A DNA stretch of 64,000 nt. Origin: Candidatus Nealsonbacteria bacterium. Lineage in GTDB: Bacteria > Patescibacteriota > Minisyncoccia > Minisyncoccales > MHMH01. The notes under the pieces are model-generated. The model had not been told where the DNA came from. It did not search any database and saw only the letters and a program-made list of their open reading frames with translations. Positions 31,401 through 39,988 of the stretch are shown one piece after another (position 1 is the first letter of the stretch; each line of letters starts with the position of its first letter). Position numbers and translations under genes: made by a program. The stretch covers positions 7,110 to 71,109 of the forward strand of contig JACOYH010000007.1 of NCBI GenBank assembly GCA_016181965.1. Direction: 5' to 3'.

Positions 31401-32446
31401 TCATCATCGATTATGCCGGCAAATGGCACCATAGCGGCGCAAACGAGTTTCCCCCCTATACTTACGGGGCGATATACATAGATGGCGGAACGGTCAGCAT
31501 AAAAAACTCTCTAATTCAAAACAGCGAAACCTTCGGGGTATGGCTGAAAAATTCTCCCTTAAGCTTGATAGACGGGACGACCTTTAAGGCAAATCCTGGC
31601 ACCGTAGAAAAGCCGGCGGCGATTTATGTTGAACAGGGCAATCCGACCATTCAAAATTCTAATTTTGAAGATAATAACATTGGGATTTTCGCTGCGAATT
31701 ACTCAACGCCCGCAATCACCGACAACAGTTTTAACGGCAACCAAGCGCCCGTGAAAATAAGCTCGCTTTTTACAGACATTTCCGACAACATCGCGCAGAA
31801 CAATGATATCAACGGAATTTTACTTGAAGCTTTTGGTTTTAATGGAGAAACCAGCGAAGTCGCGTGGCAAAAAAACGATTTGCCCTATGTTGTTGAGAGC
31901 GCCCTTGATGTTGCCGCTGGAAAAATACTAGAAATAGAATCGGGCGTCGTCGTGAAGTTCAAGGGAGAAGGGGCAATAAATATAGGCGGTACGCTAAATG
32001 CGAAAGGTAAAAATAATGATAAAATAATTTTTACTTCTATCAGCGATGACGAATACGGGGGCGACACAAATAACGACGGCAATGCGTTTCCGCCCGCAGC
32101 CGGGCAATGGAAATTTCTTAAGTTCTTGAACTCCAGCGCGGAGGCATCTTTAGACAATGTTCTCGTGAGATACGGAGGATTTCTCGGAATAAGAGGCGGC
32201 GTTAGTGCGCGCGATGGGGCAATTAAGATTGAGAACAATACGCTCACCATCAAGGATTCTATTATTGAAAACAATCGGGTGGGGATTGAAATGATTAATT
32301 CTGATTTTGACGGGAAAAGCAAAAATATTTCCGTTAGGAATAATGCCATAGGAGTATACGTTGAGGGCGCCTGCCCAAATCTAAACGATATTATTTTCGA
32401 ACAGAATACGGAATACGATATTTTTCCAATTGACTGCCAAAACTAA
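28439..32446 (+). CDS. 1335-aa secreted protein: N-terminal helical region, P/E-rich linker, three lamin-tail (LTD) domains, C-terminal right-handed beta-helix repeats
   Basis: LTD signatures INEVAWMGSQNSPNDEWIELKN, LIDEVRIDG...VKLYNPN and INEIAWAGAKANSADEWIELYNN. The C-terminus has repeated ..I.NS.I.NN..GI.. units. Confidence 0.75.
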   Translation: MVKAIKSIGGKLSLQKTILTIAIAAIVFSFLSNYSLAGQTKVNQQEMQRIKQGLDIVKTASSFGSVLLDDGGLMKALNTVIKGGSAATDVTYGLLVLSAVNEMELMDLVLSQEYKTIEREYFEQILDERTNLISYWRGVGFDLPKVLSGQITGPMAGLTLNSFAMTNKIIHIATAFEVLKKGQLYDGLWYYFDLRKNSNEPHEIAWREAKMILGFATNSVGFHGPTQRQNKRIELEAQFTSLWDKWGLYATPGGISNQYQEQAKEEMRSMLAVAAETQRLAEIEKQKEPSWLSKQIDELKTLASGLGEKIHTMVSKIADANPFSAGPIVQSPKDTPVAPVRNSAGLQSPKNRESEDQTPTERGEEARLPREAGLQVPREVPREVKPQAPQEIESEKTTEEKVKDKEVREEEKIKIVEIKPTPDEPGLCEKIAGDLPKRYRAFINEVAWMGSQNSPNDEWIELKNIWGLPVNLNGWQLQDKDQQIKIIFEENDTIPASGYYLLERTNDDSTPKAKADKIYTGALGNNNEALYLFDNDCRLEDEVIADPSWPGGDNTAKKTIERLDPLYWYTSASIGGSAGKNNGTPPAILKHPSAPTPPLPASAPTYLTILIDEVRIDGDGNIKNDSVKLYNPNDTAVDLTNWYLQRKTANSSVFSTYAPKSLFAGKSIEANGYFLIAHASSTFATSADAITTYSLTRNNTLVLKNPNGEIADTAEPAENNEETASLSVVINEIAWAGAKANSADEWIELYNNTTSGIDLTNWSILKDDEEWIIFSTSSIVSQGYYLLERSDDQTISDITADQFFTGALSNSGQKLELKNAAGDLMDLIDFSSNWPAGEAAPNYLSMERISSTFSDWASNNRISTNGLGSGNNAINGTPKEKNSVSKSFTEVVGDRVFSDDFTLTKLGSPYIWEGSLIMEQGTKLTVEPGVTVKFKHTAPNQPHAQVKIKGEMEAIGTNEQEITFTSFQENNYWDGLYFENSNSTLENVIIDYAGKWHHSGANEFPPYTYGAIYIDGGTVSIKNSLIQNSETFGVWLKNSPLSLIDGTTFKANPGTVEKPAAIYVEQGNPTIQNSNFEDNNIGIFAANYSTPAITDNSFNGNQAPVKISSLFTDISDNIAQNNDINGILLEAFGFNGETSEVAWQKNDLPYVVESALDVAAGKILEIESGVVVKFKGEGAINIGGTLNAKGKNNDKIIFTSISDDEYGGDTNNDGNAFPPAAGQWKFLKFLNSSAEASLDNVLVRYGGFLGIRGGVSARDGAIKIENNTLTIKDSIIENNRVGIEMINSDFDGKSKNISVRNNAIGVYVEGACPNLNDIIFEQNTEYDIFPIDCQN
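29531..29561. repeat. Palindrome family P1, copy B, in-frame in the linker of the LTD protein
   Basis: GAAGCCCGGCTTCC tcg GGAAGCCGGGCTTC, 14-bp perfect arms, encoding EARLPREAGL. Confidence 0.9.
29565..29588 (+). repeat. 12-nt tandem duplication (VPRE VPRE) immediately 3' of P1 copy B
   Basis: ttccacgagagg tcccacgagagg. Confidence 0.85.
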
Positions 32447-33138
32447 AATCCGATAAAATCGCGAATAACCGGAGCAGGAATAGCCGAAACTCTACCCTGC
32501 GCGCCAACCATGCTTATGCCAACAACTTCGCCGGAGATGTTAAACAAGGGGCTGCCAGCCGCCTTGGATTCACGAATGTTTGTCACCACTGCGTCTTGGC
32601 TGAAATAAGAAACAATGCCCTCGTCTGTAAACATCTTAGTGGTTGTGGCCAATCTCATCGTGCCAAGTAAAAAAACTCTTTCTCCAAGGTCTGTTTTTTC
32701 CAAATTCGCGAAGCCGGCAGTGCGCAAACCGCTCTGGTCCACTTTCAACAGCGCCAAGTTGCTTTTTGTATCTCTTTTAAGTATCTGCCAAGCAGGCAAC
32801 TGGCCATCAACGTAAAAATAAAAATCTGCTCCCTGCGGCACGAGCTCGGCCAATGTAACAATCAACCCATCAGAAGTTACCGCCAAGCCAGTCCCCTCTA
32901 ACGTTTCTCCGCTGGCTGTTTTTGTCCTGACGCCCACAATAGTTTTTTCCACCCTTTCAATGGCTTGAGTAAGGGCAACGTTTTCCTGAACGGTTATTGT
33001 TTGAGTCTGATTGATAACAATTTCGCCGTCAAAAAAAGAAGACCCCATCAAATACGGCAAAAGGTAGGCCTGCGCCCAAACGCCCCCCAACGCCCCAAAA
33101 AGAAAAATCAAGAGAATTTTTAGAATTTTTTTAGACAT
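32443..33138 (-). CDS. HtrA/trypsin-fold protein with all three catalytic-triad positions substituted (predicted pseudo-protease)
   Basis: Compared with the active HtrA at 37149-38387: TNKHVV becomes TLAELV, DLAILKI becomes NLALLKV, and GNSGGPLL becomes KAAGSPLF. Its start overlaps the clpB stop by 8 nt. Confidence 0.7.
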   Translation of the reverse strand: MSKKILKILLIFLFGALGGVWAQAYLLPYLMGSSFFDGEIVINQTQTITVQENVALTQAIERVEKTIVGVRTKTASGETLEGTGLAVTSDGLIVTLAELVPQGADFYFYVDGQLPAWQILKRDTKSNLALLKVDQSGLRTAGFANLEKTDLGERVFLLGTMRLATTTKMFTDEGIVSYFSQDAVVTNIRESKAAGSPLFNISGEVVGISMVGAQGRVSAIPAPVIRDFIGF

Positions 33139-35830
33139 AAACGCTCTCTGATTTTTTTTCTCTCTTGATTAAGTCCTGCGGCGTTCTAAAAACAACGCCG
33201 CCGTTTTCCGCATCAATGACAATTTTATCGTTGGCTCCAATTTCTCCAGAAACAATCTTTAAAGCCAATGGATCGAGCACCAATTTTTGGATAACCCTCT
33301 TGAGAGGCCGCGCTCCCAAGTTGGGGTCAAATCCCCGCTCGGCCAGCAAGTCCTTGGCCATCTGGCTGACCTTAATGCCGATATCTTTCTGCTCCAGCCG
33401 CTGGGTCACTTTTTCCATTTCAAGGTCAACAATTTGCTTGATTTCCGGTTTTCCCAAATAGTCAAAAATAACTATTTCGTCTATTCTGTTTAAAAATTCC
33501 GGCCGGAAACTTTCGCGCAAAGCGTCCATAACTTTGCTTTTCAAATCCTTTTTGGCGCCGCTGTCTCCCTCTCCGGAAAATCCCAGAGCGCTCATTTTGG
33601 CAATATGTTCGGAGCCGATATTGGAAGTCATAATCAAGATAGCATTTTTGAAAGAAGCGGTCCGTCCTTTGGCGTCGGTCAGCCGGCCGTCTTCGAGAAT
33701 TTGCAACAAAATATTGAAAACATCGGGATTGGCCTTTTCTATTTCGTCCAACAAAATTACCGCATACGGCCTTCGCCTAATTTTTTCAGTCAGTTGACCG
33801 CCTTCGTCATAGCCCACATATCCCGGGGGCGAGCCAAGAATTTTAGAAACGGTGTGTTTTTCCATGTATTCGGACATATCCAAGCGCACCAAAGCCGCCT
33901 CGTCGTTGAACAAGAATTCGGCTAAGGCCCTGGCGGTTTCGGTTTTACCAACGCCCGTGGGCCCCAAGAATAAGAAAGACCCCAGCGGCCGATTCTGCTC
34001 TGAAATACCGGCTCTCGAGCGGCGAATGGCGCTGGAGACGGCCACAATGGCCTCTTTCTGGCCGATAACTCTTTTTGCCAAAATGTCTTCCATTTTTTCA
34101 AGTTTCCTGGCCTCTTCTTCAATCAGCCGTGTTACAGGAATGCCAGTCCATCGCGAAACAACCCTAGCCACGTCTTCTTCGGATACATCCTCTTTCAAAA
34201 GGCGGTGCTTCTTTTGAAAGCGAAGCAGTTCTTTTTCTTTTTTTTGAATTTCTTTTAAATGCGCCGGTATTTCTCCGTATTTAATTTCGGCCACCTTTTG
34301 GAGATTGCCCTCTCTTTGGGCAACTTCAGTTTGAAAAGATAATTGATCAACCTCCTTTCGCAGCCCTCGAATGCTTTGAATAAAGTCCCTTTCTGTTCTC
34401 CACTGCAATTCCAACTGCTTAACTTTTTCCTGAAGATCGGCCAACTGGCGATTGATAACGCTAATTTTCTTTTTGCCGATAGCGGCCTTTTCCGCTTTCA
34501 TGGCGGCTTTTTCAATTTCCAATTTTTGGACTTCCTGCTTGAGACGTTCAAGTTCAACCGGCTCTGACTCTATTTCCAATCGCAAAGCAGAAGTTGCCTC
34601 GTCCATTAAATCAACCGCCTTGTCTGGCAAAAATCTGTCGGTAATATACCGAGCGGCCAATTCGGCTGCGGCCACGAGAGCCGCGTCTTTAATTTTTACG
34701 CCGTGATGAACTTCGTATTTTTCTTTTATTCCTCTTAAAATGGCAATAGTATCTTCCACAGACGGCTCGGCCACAAAAATGGGCTGAAATCTTCTTTCCA
34801 AAGCCGGGTCCTTTTCTATGTATTTTTGATATTCCTTAAGGGTAGTGGCGCCGATGGCCCGCAGTTCGCCGCGGGCTAAAGCCGGCTTTAAGAGATTGGA
34901 GGCGTCAATTGCGCCTTCAGCAGCACCCGCTCCCACCAAAGTATGGAGTTCGTCAATAAAAAGAATATATCTGCCGCCGGCCCTATTAACTTCTCGCAAC
35001 AGGGCCTTTACCCTGTCTTCAAATTCTCCCCGGTATCTGGTGCCGGCGACTAAAGCGCCCAAGTCCAGGGCAATAATATCTTTGTCTTTAAGCGATTCGG
35101 GAACATCCCCTCTTACTATTTTCTGCGCCAAACCCTCAATGATGGCTGTTTTGCCGACGCCCGCTTCGCCAATCAGCACAGGATTGTTTTTTGTTCGTCT
35201 GGACAAAACCTGCATGAGCCGCCGGATTTCGTTATCCCGGCCTATCACCGGATCCAACTTGCCGGTTCTGGCAAGGACATTAAGATTTCTCGAGTATTTT
35301 TCTAAAACCTGATATTTGGATTCGGGCTCGGGGTCGGTGATTCTTGCGCCGCCGCGAATTTGCGATAAAATTTTAAGGGCCTCTTCATAGTTCAATTTTC
35401 CAAAGCCCAGCGCCTCTCCGCTTGATTGCAAAAAGCTGGCTTTTTCCAAAACCTCCCGCGCTTTCACATCGGAATCCAGCAGAGCCAAAAACAAATGTTC
35501 GACCGAAATAAAATCGTCGCCCATTTTCATTGCTTCCTGTCTTGCCCGCTCAAGGGCCTTAGCCATATCTTGCGTCAGATAAAACTGGCCCATCATTTGA
35601 GGCGTGGTAACGGTAGGGATTTTATCTAAAGCCGCCTTGGCTTTTTTCTTCAGACCCTCAAGATCAACTCCCATTTTTTGGAGCAGAGTCAAAACCACGC
35701 TTCCTTCTTGGGAAACGAGAGACAACAGCAAATGAAGGGCGTCCACCTGCTGTTGACCATGCTGGCGGGCCTCGTCTTGAGCCGCCAAAATTGCCTCTTG
35801 CGCTTTATGGGTAAAATTATTTCCTATCAT
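33131..35830 (-). CDS. clpB: ClpB protein disaggregase (AAA+ chaperone)
   Basis: 899 aa with a Clp_N repeat, two Walker A motifs ([19 protein letters not shown]) and a long coiled-coil M-domain between the NBD1 subdomains. Confidence 0.95.
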   Translation of the reverse strand: MIGNNFTHKAQEAILAAQDEARQHGQQQVDALHLLLSLVSQEGSVVLTLLQKMGVDLEGLKKKAKAALDKIPTVTTPQMMGQFYLTQDMAKALERARQEAMKMGDDFISVEHLFLALLDSDVKAREVLEKASFLQSSGEALGFGKLNYEEALKILSQIRGGARITDPEPESKYQVLEKYSRNLNVLARTGKLDPVIGRDNEIRRLMQVLSRRTKNNPVLIGEAGVGKTAIIEGLAQKIVRGDVPESLKDKDIIALDLGALVAGTRYRGEFEDRVKALLREVNRAGGRYILFIDELHTLVGAGAAEGAIDASNLLKPALARGELRAIGATTLKEYQKYIEKDPALERRFQPIFVAEPSVEDTIAILRGIKEKYEVHHGVKIKDAALVAAAELAARYITDRFLPDKAVDLMDEATSALRLEIESEPVELERLKQEVQKLEIEKAAMKAEKAAIGKKKISVINRQLADLQEKVKQLELQWRTERDFIQSIRGLRKEVDQLSFQTEVAQREGNLQKVAEIKYGEIPAHLKEIQKKEKELLRFQKKHRLLKEDVSEEDVARVVSRWTGIPVTRLIEEEARKLEKMEDILAKRVIGQKEAIVAVSSAIRRSRAGISEQNRPLGSFLFLGPTGVGKTETARALAEFLFNDEAALVRLDMSEYMEKHTVSKILGSPPGYVGYDEGGQLTEKIRRRPYAVILLDEIEKANPDVFNILLQILEDGRLTDAKGRTASFKNAILIMTSNIGSEHIAKMSALGFSGEGDSGAKKDLKSKVMDALRESFRPEFLNRIDEIVIFDYLGKPEIKQIVDLEMEKVTQRLEQKDIGIKVSQMAKDLLAERGFDPNLGARPLKRVIQKLVLDPLALKIVSGEIGANDKIVIDAENGGVVFRTPQDLIKREKKSESVYV

Positions 35831-35836
35831 ATAACT

Positions 35837-35845
35837 ATTATATCA
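35837..35845 (-). promoter_or_regulatory. extended -10 promoter element (TGaTATAAT), 6 nt upstream of the clpB ATG
   Basis: Minus strand: ggtgTGaTATAATagttatATG. Confidence 0.55.
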
Positions 35846-35932
35846 CACCGTAATTTAACAAAAAAACTTCAAAAAATCAACCCCGCATTATGCCCCTTAT
35901 CTTACATAGTCTTACAGAAGCCGCCACTCAAT

Positions 35933-35958
35933 ACTACTATACTACATAGTATAGTAGT
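35933..35958. promoter_or_regulatory. 26-bp AT-rich palindrome, site 1 of 3 (candidate operator)
   Basis: ACTACTATACTA ca TAGTATAGTAGT, 103 nt upstream of the clpB ATG and 60 nt after the NDT-like gene stop. Confidence 0.6.
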
Positions 35959-36017
35959 GTTTAGTGCCGCCCTTGGCGACTATTTCTACGTTTTATAGAA
36001 AGCATCGTGGGGATTTT

Positions 36018-36431
36018 TCATGCAATTTGCGATAAGTCGCCATAAATTATCGTCGGCTTCACTGCCTCAATTTCTGATTTGTAATACGATATGTCAGGAA
36101 TCGGATTGTATAGGAATATCTTTTGATTCAGAACATGCGCGAAACCGATTTCCATCAATGTATTTCCGCCAATGTAATTCTTAATTCCATGCTTATCGAG
36201 ATTAAGAACTAAGACGGCATCCGCTCCTTGCATCTCGTTCCAGAATACTCTAATCGCATCCATATTACTTTTCTGATGAATTTTGATTCTTTCTTTTTCT
36301 TCGTCACTTTTTCCAATAAATGACCCATGTAGTTCTGTGACGAACGCATCGTGCCCCAACTTAATCAGATTATCTCTGACCTCAAGCATTTTCTCTGTAT
36401 ATTGCATACTACCAATGATTCCTATTTTCAT
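36018..36431 (-). CDS. nucleoside 2-deoxyribosyltransferase-like (NDT/YtoQ-type Rossmann-like) protein
   Basis: MKIGIIGSMQY...ADAVLVLNLDKHGIKNYIGGNTLMEIGFAHVLNQKIFLYNPIP resembles the Nuc_deoxyri_tr2-like family. Confidence 0.45.
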   Translation of the reverse strand: MKIGIIGSMQYTEKMLEVRDNLIKLGHDAFVTELHGSFIGKSDEEKERIKIHQKSNMDAIRVFWNEMQGADAVLVLNLDKHGIKNYIGGNTLMEIGFAHVLNQKIFLYNPIPDISYYKSEIEAVKPTIIYGDLSQIA

Positions 36432-36504
36432 ATTCTTATGACCCGAGAGCCTTTATATTTTTCACCGATCCCGTAGGAATAATGTTATCCCGATTAATTA
36501 CAAT

Positions 36505-36530
36505 ACTACTATACTACATAGTATAGTAGC
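36505..36530. promoter_or_regulatory. 26-bp palindrome, site 2 of 3
   Basis: ACTACTATACTA ca TAGTATAGTAGc, 1 nt after the regulator's stop codon and 74 nt upstream of the NDT-like ATG. Confidence 0.6.
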
Positions 36531-36531
36531 A

Positions 36532-37002
36532 TTACTGTATTTGTTTTTTGCGTTTTGTGGTCGGTTTTTCTGAAGAATCTAAAAGATTAAAAAGCAGAAA
36601 ATGAAGCGGGTATCGCTTTTTAAGCCATCCAAAAGTCAGCGGCTGACTTTGTTGGAGCTCACGCTCGCCTGCTTTCCACTGCAACTCTAATTCTTTTTCT
36701 AAACGCGGAAGTATTTGAGCATATCCTCCATCTCTGCCTTGCAACCACTTATGCACCCCTGCGATGGTAATGTGGCTCGTATGCATAGCATTGCGAATAT
36801 CATCGTAGCTTTTGCCCTCAAGCAGAAAGCGAGCAATGCGAATTCTTCGCGCCAACATAATAGCTTCTGTTTCGCTCAAAAGATCGCGGAAAAAATTCTC
36901 TATCTGCTCTCTTGTTTCCAATAAAATCACTAAACTCCATAATTCATTCAGAAGATTGTGTTTTTCGTCTTTGGAGATTGTTTTTGGCTGAACCCTCGGC
37001 AT
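36532..37002 (-). CDS. TrpR-like/YerC-YecD-family helix-turn-helix protein
   Basis: ...REQIENFFRDLLSETEAIMLARRIRIARFLLEGKSYDDIRNAMHTSHITIAGVHKWL... Confidence 0.65.
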   Translation of the reverse strand: MPRVQPKTISKDEKHNLLNELWSLVILLETREQIENFFRDLLSETEAIMLARRIRIARFLLEGKSYDDIRNAMHTSHITIAGVHKWLQGRDGGYAQILPRLEKELELQWKAGERELQQSQPLTFGWLKKRYPLHFLLFNLLDSSEKPTTKRKKQIQ

Positions 37003-37022
37003 AGATTTATATTCTATATTAT

Positions 37023-37054
37023 AACACTACTATACTATATAGTATAGTAGTGTT
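37023..37054. promoter_or_regulatory. palindrome site 3 of 3, here a perfect 32-bp palindrome abutting the regulator's -10 box
   Basis: aacACTACTATACTA ta TAGTATAGTAGTgtt. On the minus strand a TATAAT (37023-37018) follows directly, 15 nt before the ATG at 37002. Confidence 0.65.
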
Positions 37055-37087
37055 TCGATAGTGCTTCCGGGTAGCGCTTACAAACAC

Positions 37088-37142
37088 TTACAGACTTACA
37101 GACGCCCGACGTCTGTAAATCTTACAGACGTCGGACGTCGGG
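37088..37142. repeat. cluster of TTACAGACG repeats (three direct, one inverted) giving mutually exclusive hairpins
   Basis: ttacagac ttacagacg cccga cgtctgtaa atc ttacagacg tcgg acgtcggg. The best hairpin is 37106-37118/37122-37134 (13-bp arms, 3-nt loop). Confidence 0.8.
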
Positions 37143-37148
37143 AAATTC

Positions 37149-38387
37149 TTATTCGCGTTTGCCGAGGGTGACTTGAAGAGAGATCTTTTCTTCGCCGCGT
37201 AAAATTATCATTACGACTTCGTCGTTGGGACCGTATTCCTGAAGAACCGAGGCAAGGGTCTTTTCTAATGTCAATTTTTGGTCTTGCAACTCTATAATAA
37301 TGTCCCCGTCTTTAAGCCCGGCTTTTTCGGCGGCAGAATTGGCAACAATAGCTGATTCTTCGTTATCGCTATTAATCCAAGCACCTTCGCTGACGAAAAG
37401 ATTGTTTTCCTCCTGAAGTTCAGGGGTAAGCATAATATAATGAACACCTAAAAAGGGGTAAATTATTTCGCCGATTTCCTGAATTTGCCTAATATCTCTC
37501 TTGGCTTTACTTACGGGGATCGCGAAGCCAATGCTTTGGGCATCCAAGACAGTGGCCGTATTTATCCCCACCACCTTGCCGTTCAAATCCAGAAGAGGCC
37601 CCCCGGAATTTCCCTTGTTAATAGCCGCGTCTGTCTGGATAACATCTTCAATCGTTTCAACGAAACTGCCGCCTGATGCCGTAATGGTTCTGCCTAATCC
37701 GGAAACCACTCCCACTGAAACCGTATTTTTAAACTCTCCAAGGGCATTGCCAATCGCCACAACGGTTTGCCCCATTTGAAGGCCATCGGAGTCGCCAAGT
37801 TCCATAACCGGAAAAAAGCTTTCTGTCATCTCGCCCCGATCGTTTACTTCTTTTACTGTTTCTATTTTTAGGATAGCTAAGTCCTGCACCGGATCGCGCG
37901 CCAAAACCTTGGCTTCGAATTTCTTGCCGTCATTAGTAAAAACCGTGTACTCGGCTTCCTCGTCCAAAACCACATGTTTGTTTGTTAAAACCATGCCGTC
38001 CGCTGAAACAATAAAGCCGGTGCCGCCGCCAATTTCCTGTTTTTTTGTGCCGATTTGCCTCTGCTGTGGAATTCTAAATTGAAAAAACGGATCTCCTCCA
38101 AAAGGGCTAATGTAATACTCTTCAAAAATAGGCAAGTCCTTGGAAACAATGATGCTGACCACAGACGGCGAGGCCTTTTCAACTGCCTCAATTATTTTCT
38201 GCTCGTGGGAAACGGGTGGCGGCACCGGCTTCAAATCCGGCAAGAATAGGCCGGTTGCTAAGCCGCCCGCCAGAAAACCGAAAACAGAAGAAAAAATTAC
38301 GGACAGGGCAATAGTCCCAAAACCCTTGTGAAGACGGAATTTGGGTATGTTAATTTTAGGCAGATTCCTTTGCTGGTAAAATGACAC
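37149..38387 (-). CDS. htrA: HtrA/DegP-family serine protease with a C-terminal PDZ domain
   Basis: Intact triad motifs VLTNKHVV, DLAILKI and GNSGGPLL. PDZ-like C-terminus (AEKAGLKDGDIIIEL). GTG start. Confidence 0.9.
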   Translation of the reverse strand: MSFYQQRNLPKINIPKFRLHKGFGTIALSVIFSSVFGFLAGGLATGLFLPDLKPVPPPVSHEQKIIEAVEKASPSVVSIIVSKDLPIFEEYYISPFGGDPFFQFRIPQQRQIGTKKQEIGGGTGFIVSADGMVLTNKHVVLDEEAEYTVFTNDGKKFEAKVLARDPVQDLAILKIETVKEVNDRGEMTESFFPVMELGDSDGLQMGQTVVAIGNALGEFKNTVSVGVVSGLGRTITASGGSFVETIEDVIQTDAAINKGNSGGPLLDLNGKVVGINTATVLDAQSIGFAIPVSKAKRDIRQIQEIGEIIYPFLGVHYIMLTPELQEENNLFVSEGAWINSDNEESAIVANSAAEKAGLKDGDIIIELQDQKLTLEKTLASVLQEYGPNDEVVMIILRGEEKISLQVTLGKRE

Positions 38388-38390
38388 GGC

Positions 38391-38786
38391 TTATTTTTGC
38401 TTTTTTTGATAATCCTCTATGGCGGCCCTTACTCCTGCCTGCGCCAAAGTCGCGCAATGAATCTTCACCGGAGGCACGGGGCCGATTGCTTTTTTGATAT
38501 CCTCAAAGCCAACCCTCAGGGCCTGCTCGAAGGTCTTGCCCTTAATCAGCTCGCAAATCATGTCGGAAATGGCCACGGCGTGACCACACCCAAAGGTCTC
38601 AAATTTGGCATCTTTAATTATTGTCTTGCCCTTTTTATCTTCCACGGTAATATACACTTTCATTATATCGCCGCATCGCATATTCTGCGTGTCGCCGATT
38701 CCGTCGGCATTCTTAATAGCGCCCAAGTTCTTGGGATGCATAAAATGTTCTAATATTTCTTTTGAGTAGTAAGGATTATTTGCCAT
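38391..38786 (-). CDS. iscU: Fe-S cluster assembly scaffold (IscU/NifU N-terminal type)
   Basis: HPKNLGAI...RCGDIMKVYI...FETFGCGHAVAISDM...KIHCATLA (three conserved Cys). Confidence 0.85.
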   Translation of the reverse strand: MANNPYYSKEILEHFMHPKNLGAIKNADGIGDTQNMRCGDIMKVYITVEDKKGKTIIKDAKFETFGCGHAVAISDMICELIKGKTFEQALRVGFEDIKKAIGPVPPVKIHCATLAQAGVRAAIEDYQKKQK

Positions 38787-39963
38787 TTGTTTTTGTTTTA
38801 TAGCCGGATATTTCTCTTAACCGTTCCACTACTTTGGCTAAAGCCAATACAAAAATATCTATTTCTTTTTCGTTCGTGTATTTTCCCAGAGTAATCCTTA
38901 GAGAGCTATGGGCTGTCTCTTCGGGCAGGCCCAGGGCAGTCAATACATGCGAGGCCTCCAAGCTATGCGAAGAACAAGCCGAACCCGTTGAAACAGCAAA
39001 ACCCTTTTGGTCTAAGGCCACCAACAGGGCCTCGCCCTCAGCTCCGGGAAAAGTAAAGTTTATATTGTTGGGTAAACGTTTTTCCAGCGAGCCGTTAATC
39101 GCAATATCGGAAATAATCTTTGGAATTTTTTTTATAAGTTTGTCGCGCAGCTGCCTGATTCTTATATTATGAATCTTGTTTTTGGGGCTGGCAACTTCTT
39201 TAATAGCGGCTCCCAAACCGACAATTCCAGCTACATTTTCGGTGCCCGGCCTCAGCCCCCGCTCATGCCCGCCGCCATAGACCATCGGCTCGATAGCCGT
39301 TCCCTTTCGGACATAAAGCGCGCCGACGCCTTTGGGGCCGTAAATTTTGTGCGCGCTGATTGTAAGCAAATCAACCCCCAAACTATCGACATTGCAGTCC
39401 AAATAATTTACCGCCTGCACCGCGTCGGTATGAAAATATATTTTTGTTTTGCTTTGCTTTAAAAATTTTCCGATTTCAGCGAGCGGCTGGATAGCGCCGA
39501 TTTCATTATTGGCGTAAATAACGGAAACCAAAACCGTATTCTCCTGCACTGCTTTTTTCAAATCGGCAAGCGAAACCAGCCCATCTTTACTGACGGGCAA
39601 AACGGTGACTTCGCACCCTTGTTTCTTTAAATATTGGCATGGCTCCAAAACAGCGTGATGCTCAATTGCGGAAGTTATAATGTGAGGCTTGGCAATCCTG
39701 CTTTTGGCTGCTTTCACGATTCCTTGAATTGCCAAATTATCGGCTTCGGTAGCAGAACCGGTGAAATAAACTTCTTCTGGCTGACAACGCAAAAAATTGG
39801 CAACAATATTGCGCGCATCTTCAATGGCCGATAGGGCCCTTTGTCCAAAAGCATGTATAGAGGAAGCGTTGCCGAATTCCTTTTTCAAATAAGGCATCAT
39901 TGTCTTGAGAACTTTTGGATCAATGGGCGTAGCGGCCGCGTAATCTAAATAGATTTTGGGCAT
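38776..39963 (-). CDS. iscS: cysteine desulfurase (NifS/IscS class)
   Basis: ATG at 39963 (MPKIYLDYAAATP...). SAHKIYGPKG (PLP Lys) and STGSACSS (catalytic Cys). The ORF-track TTG start at 40059 would overlap the PHP gene. Confidence 0.9.
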   Translation of the reverse strand: MPKIYLDYAAATPIDPKVLKTMMPYLKKEFGNASSIHAFGQRALSAIEDARNIVANFLRCQPEEVYFTGSATEADNLAIQGIVKAAKSRIAKPHIITSAIEHHAVLEPCQYLKKQGCEVTVLPVSKDGLVSLADLKKAVQENTVLVSVIYANNEIGAIQPLAEIGKFLKQSKTKIYFHTDAVQAVNYLDCNVDSLGVDLLTISAHKIYGPKGVGALYVRKGTAIEPMVYGGGHERGLRPGTENVAGIVGLGAAIKEVASPKNKIHNIRIRQLRDKLIKKIPKIISDIAINGSLEKRLPNNINFTFPGAEGEALLVALDQKGFAVSTGSACSSHSLEASHVLTALGLPEETAHSSLRITLGKYTNEKEIDIFVLALAKVVERLREISGYKTKTNGK

Positions 39964-39988
39964 AATGCAATAATTTTTTAAAATTGTA

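Noticed and set aside
33165-35998. About ten 66-155-aa plus-strand ORFs inside clpB
   Set aside because: All are antisense shadows of an 899-aa AAA+ gene with intact motifs.
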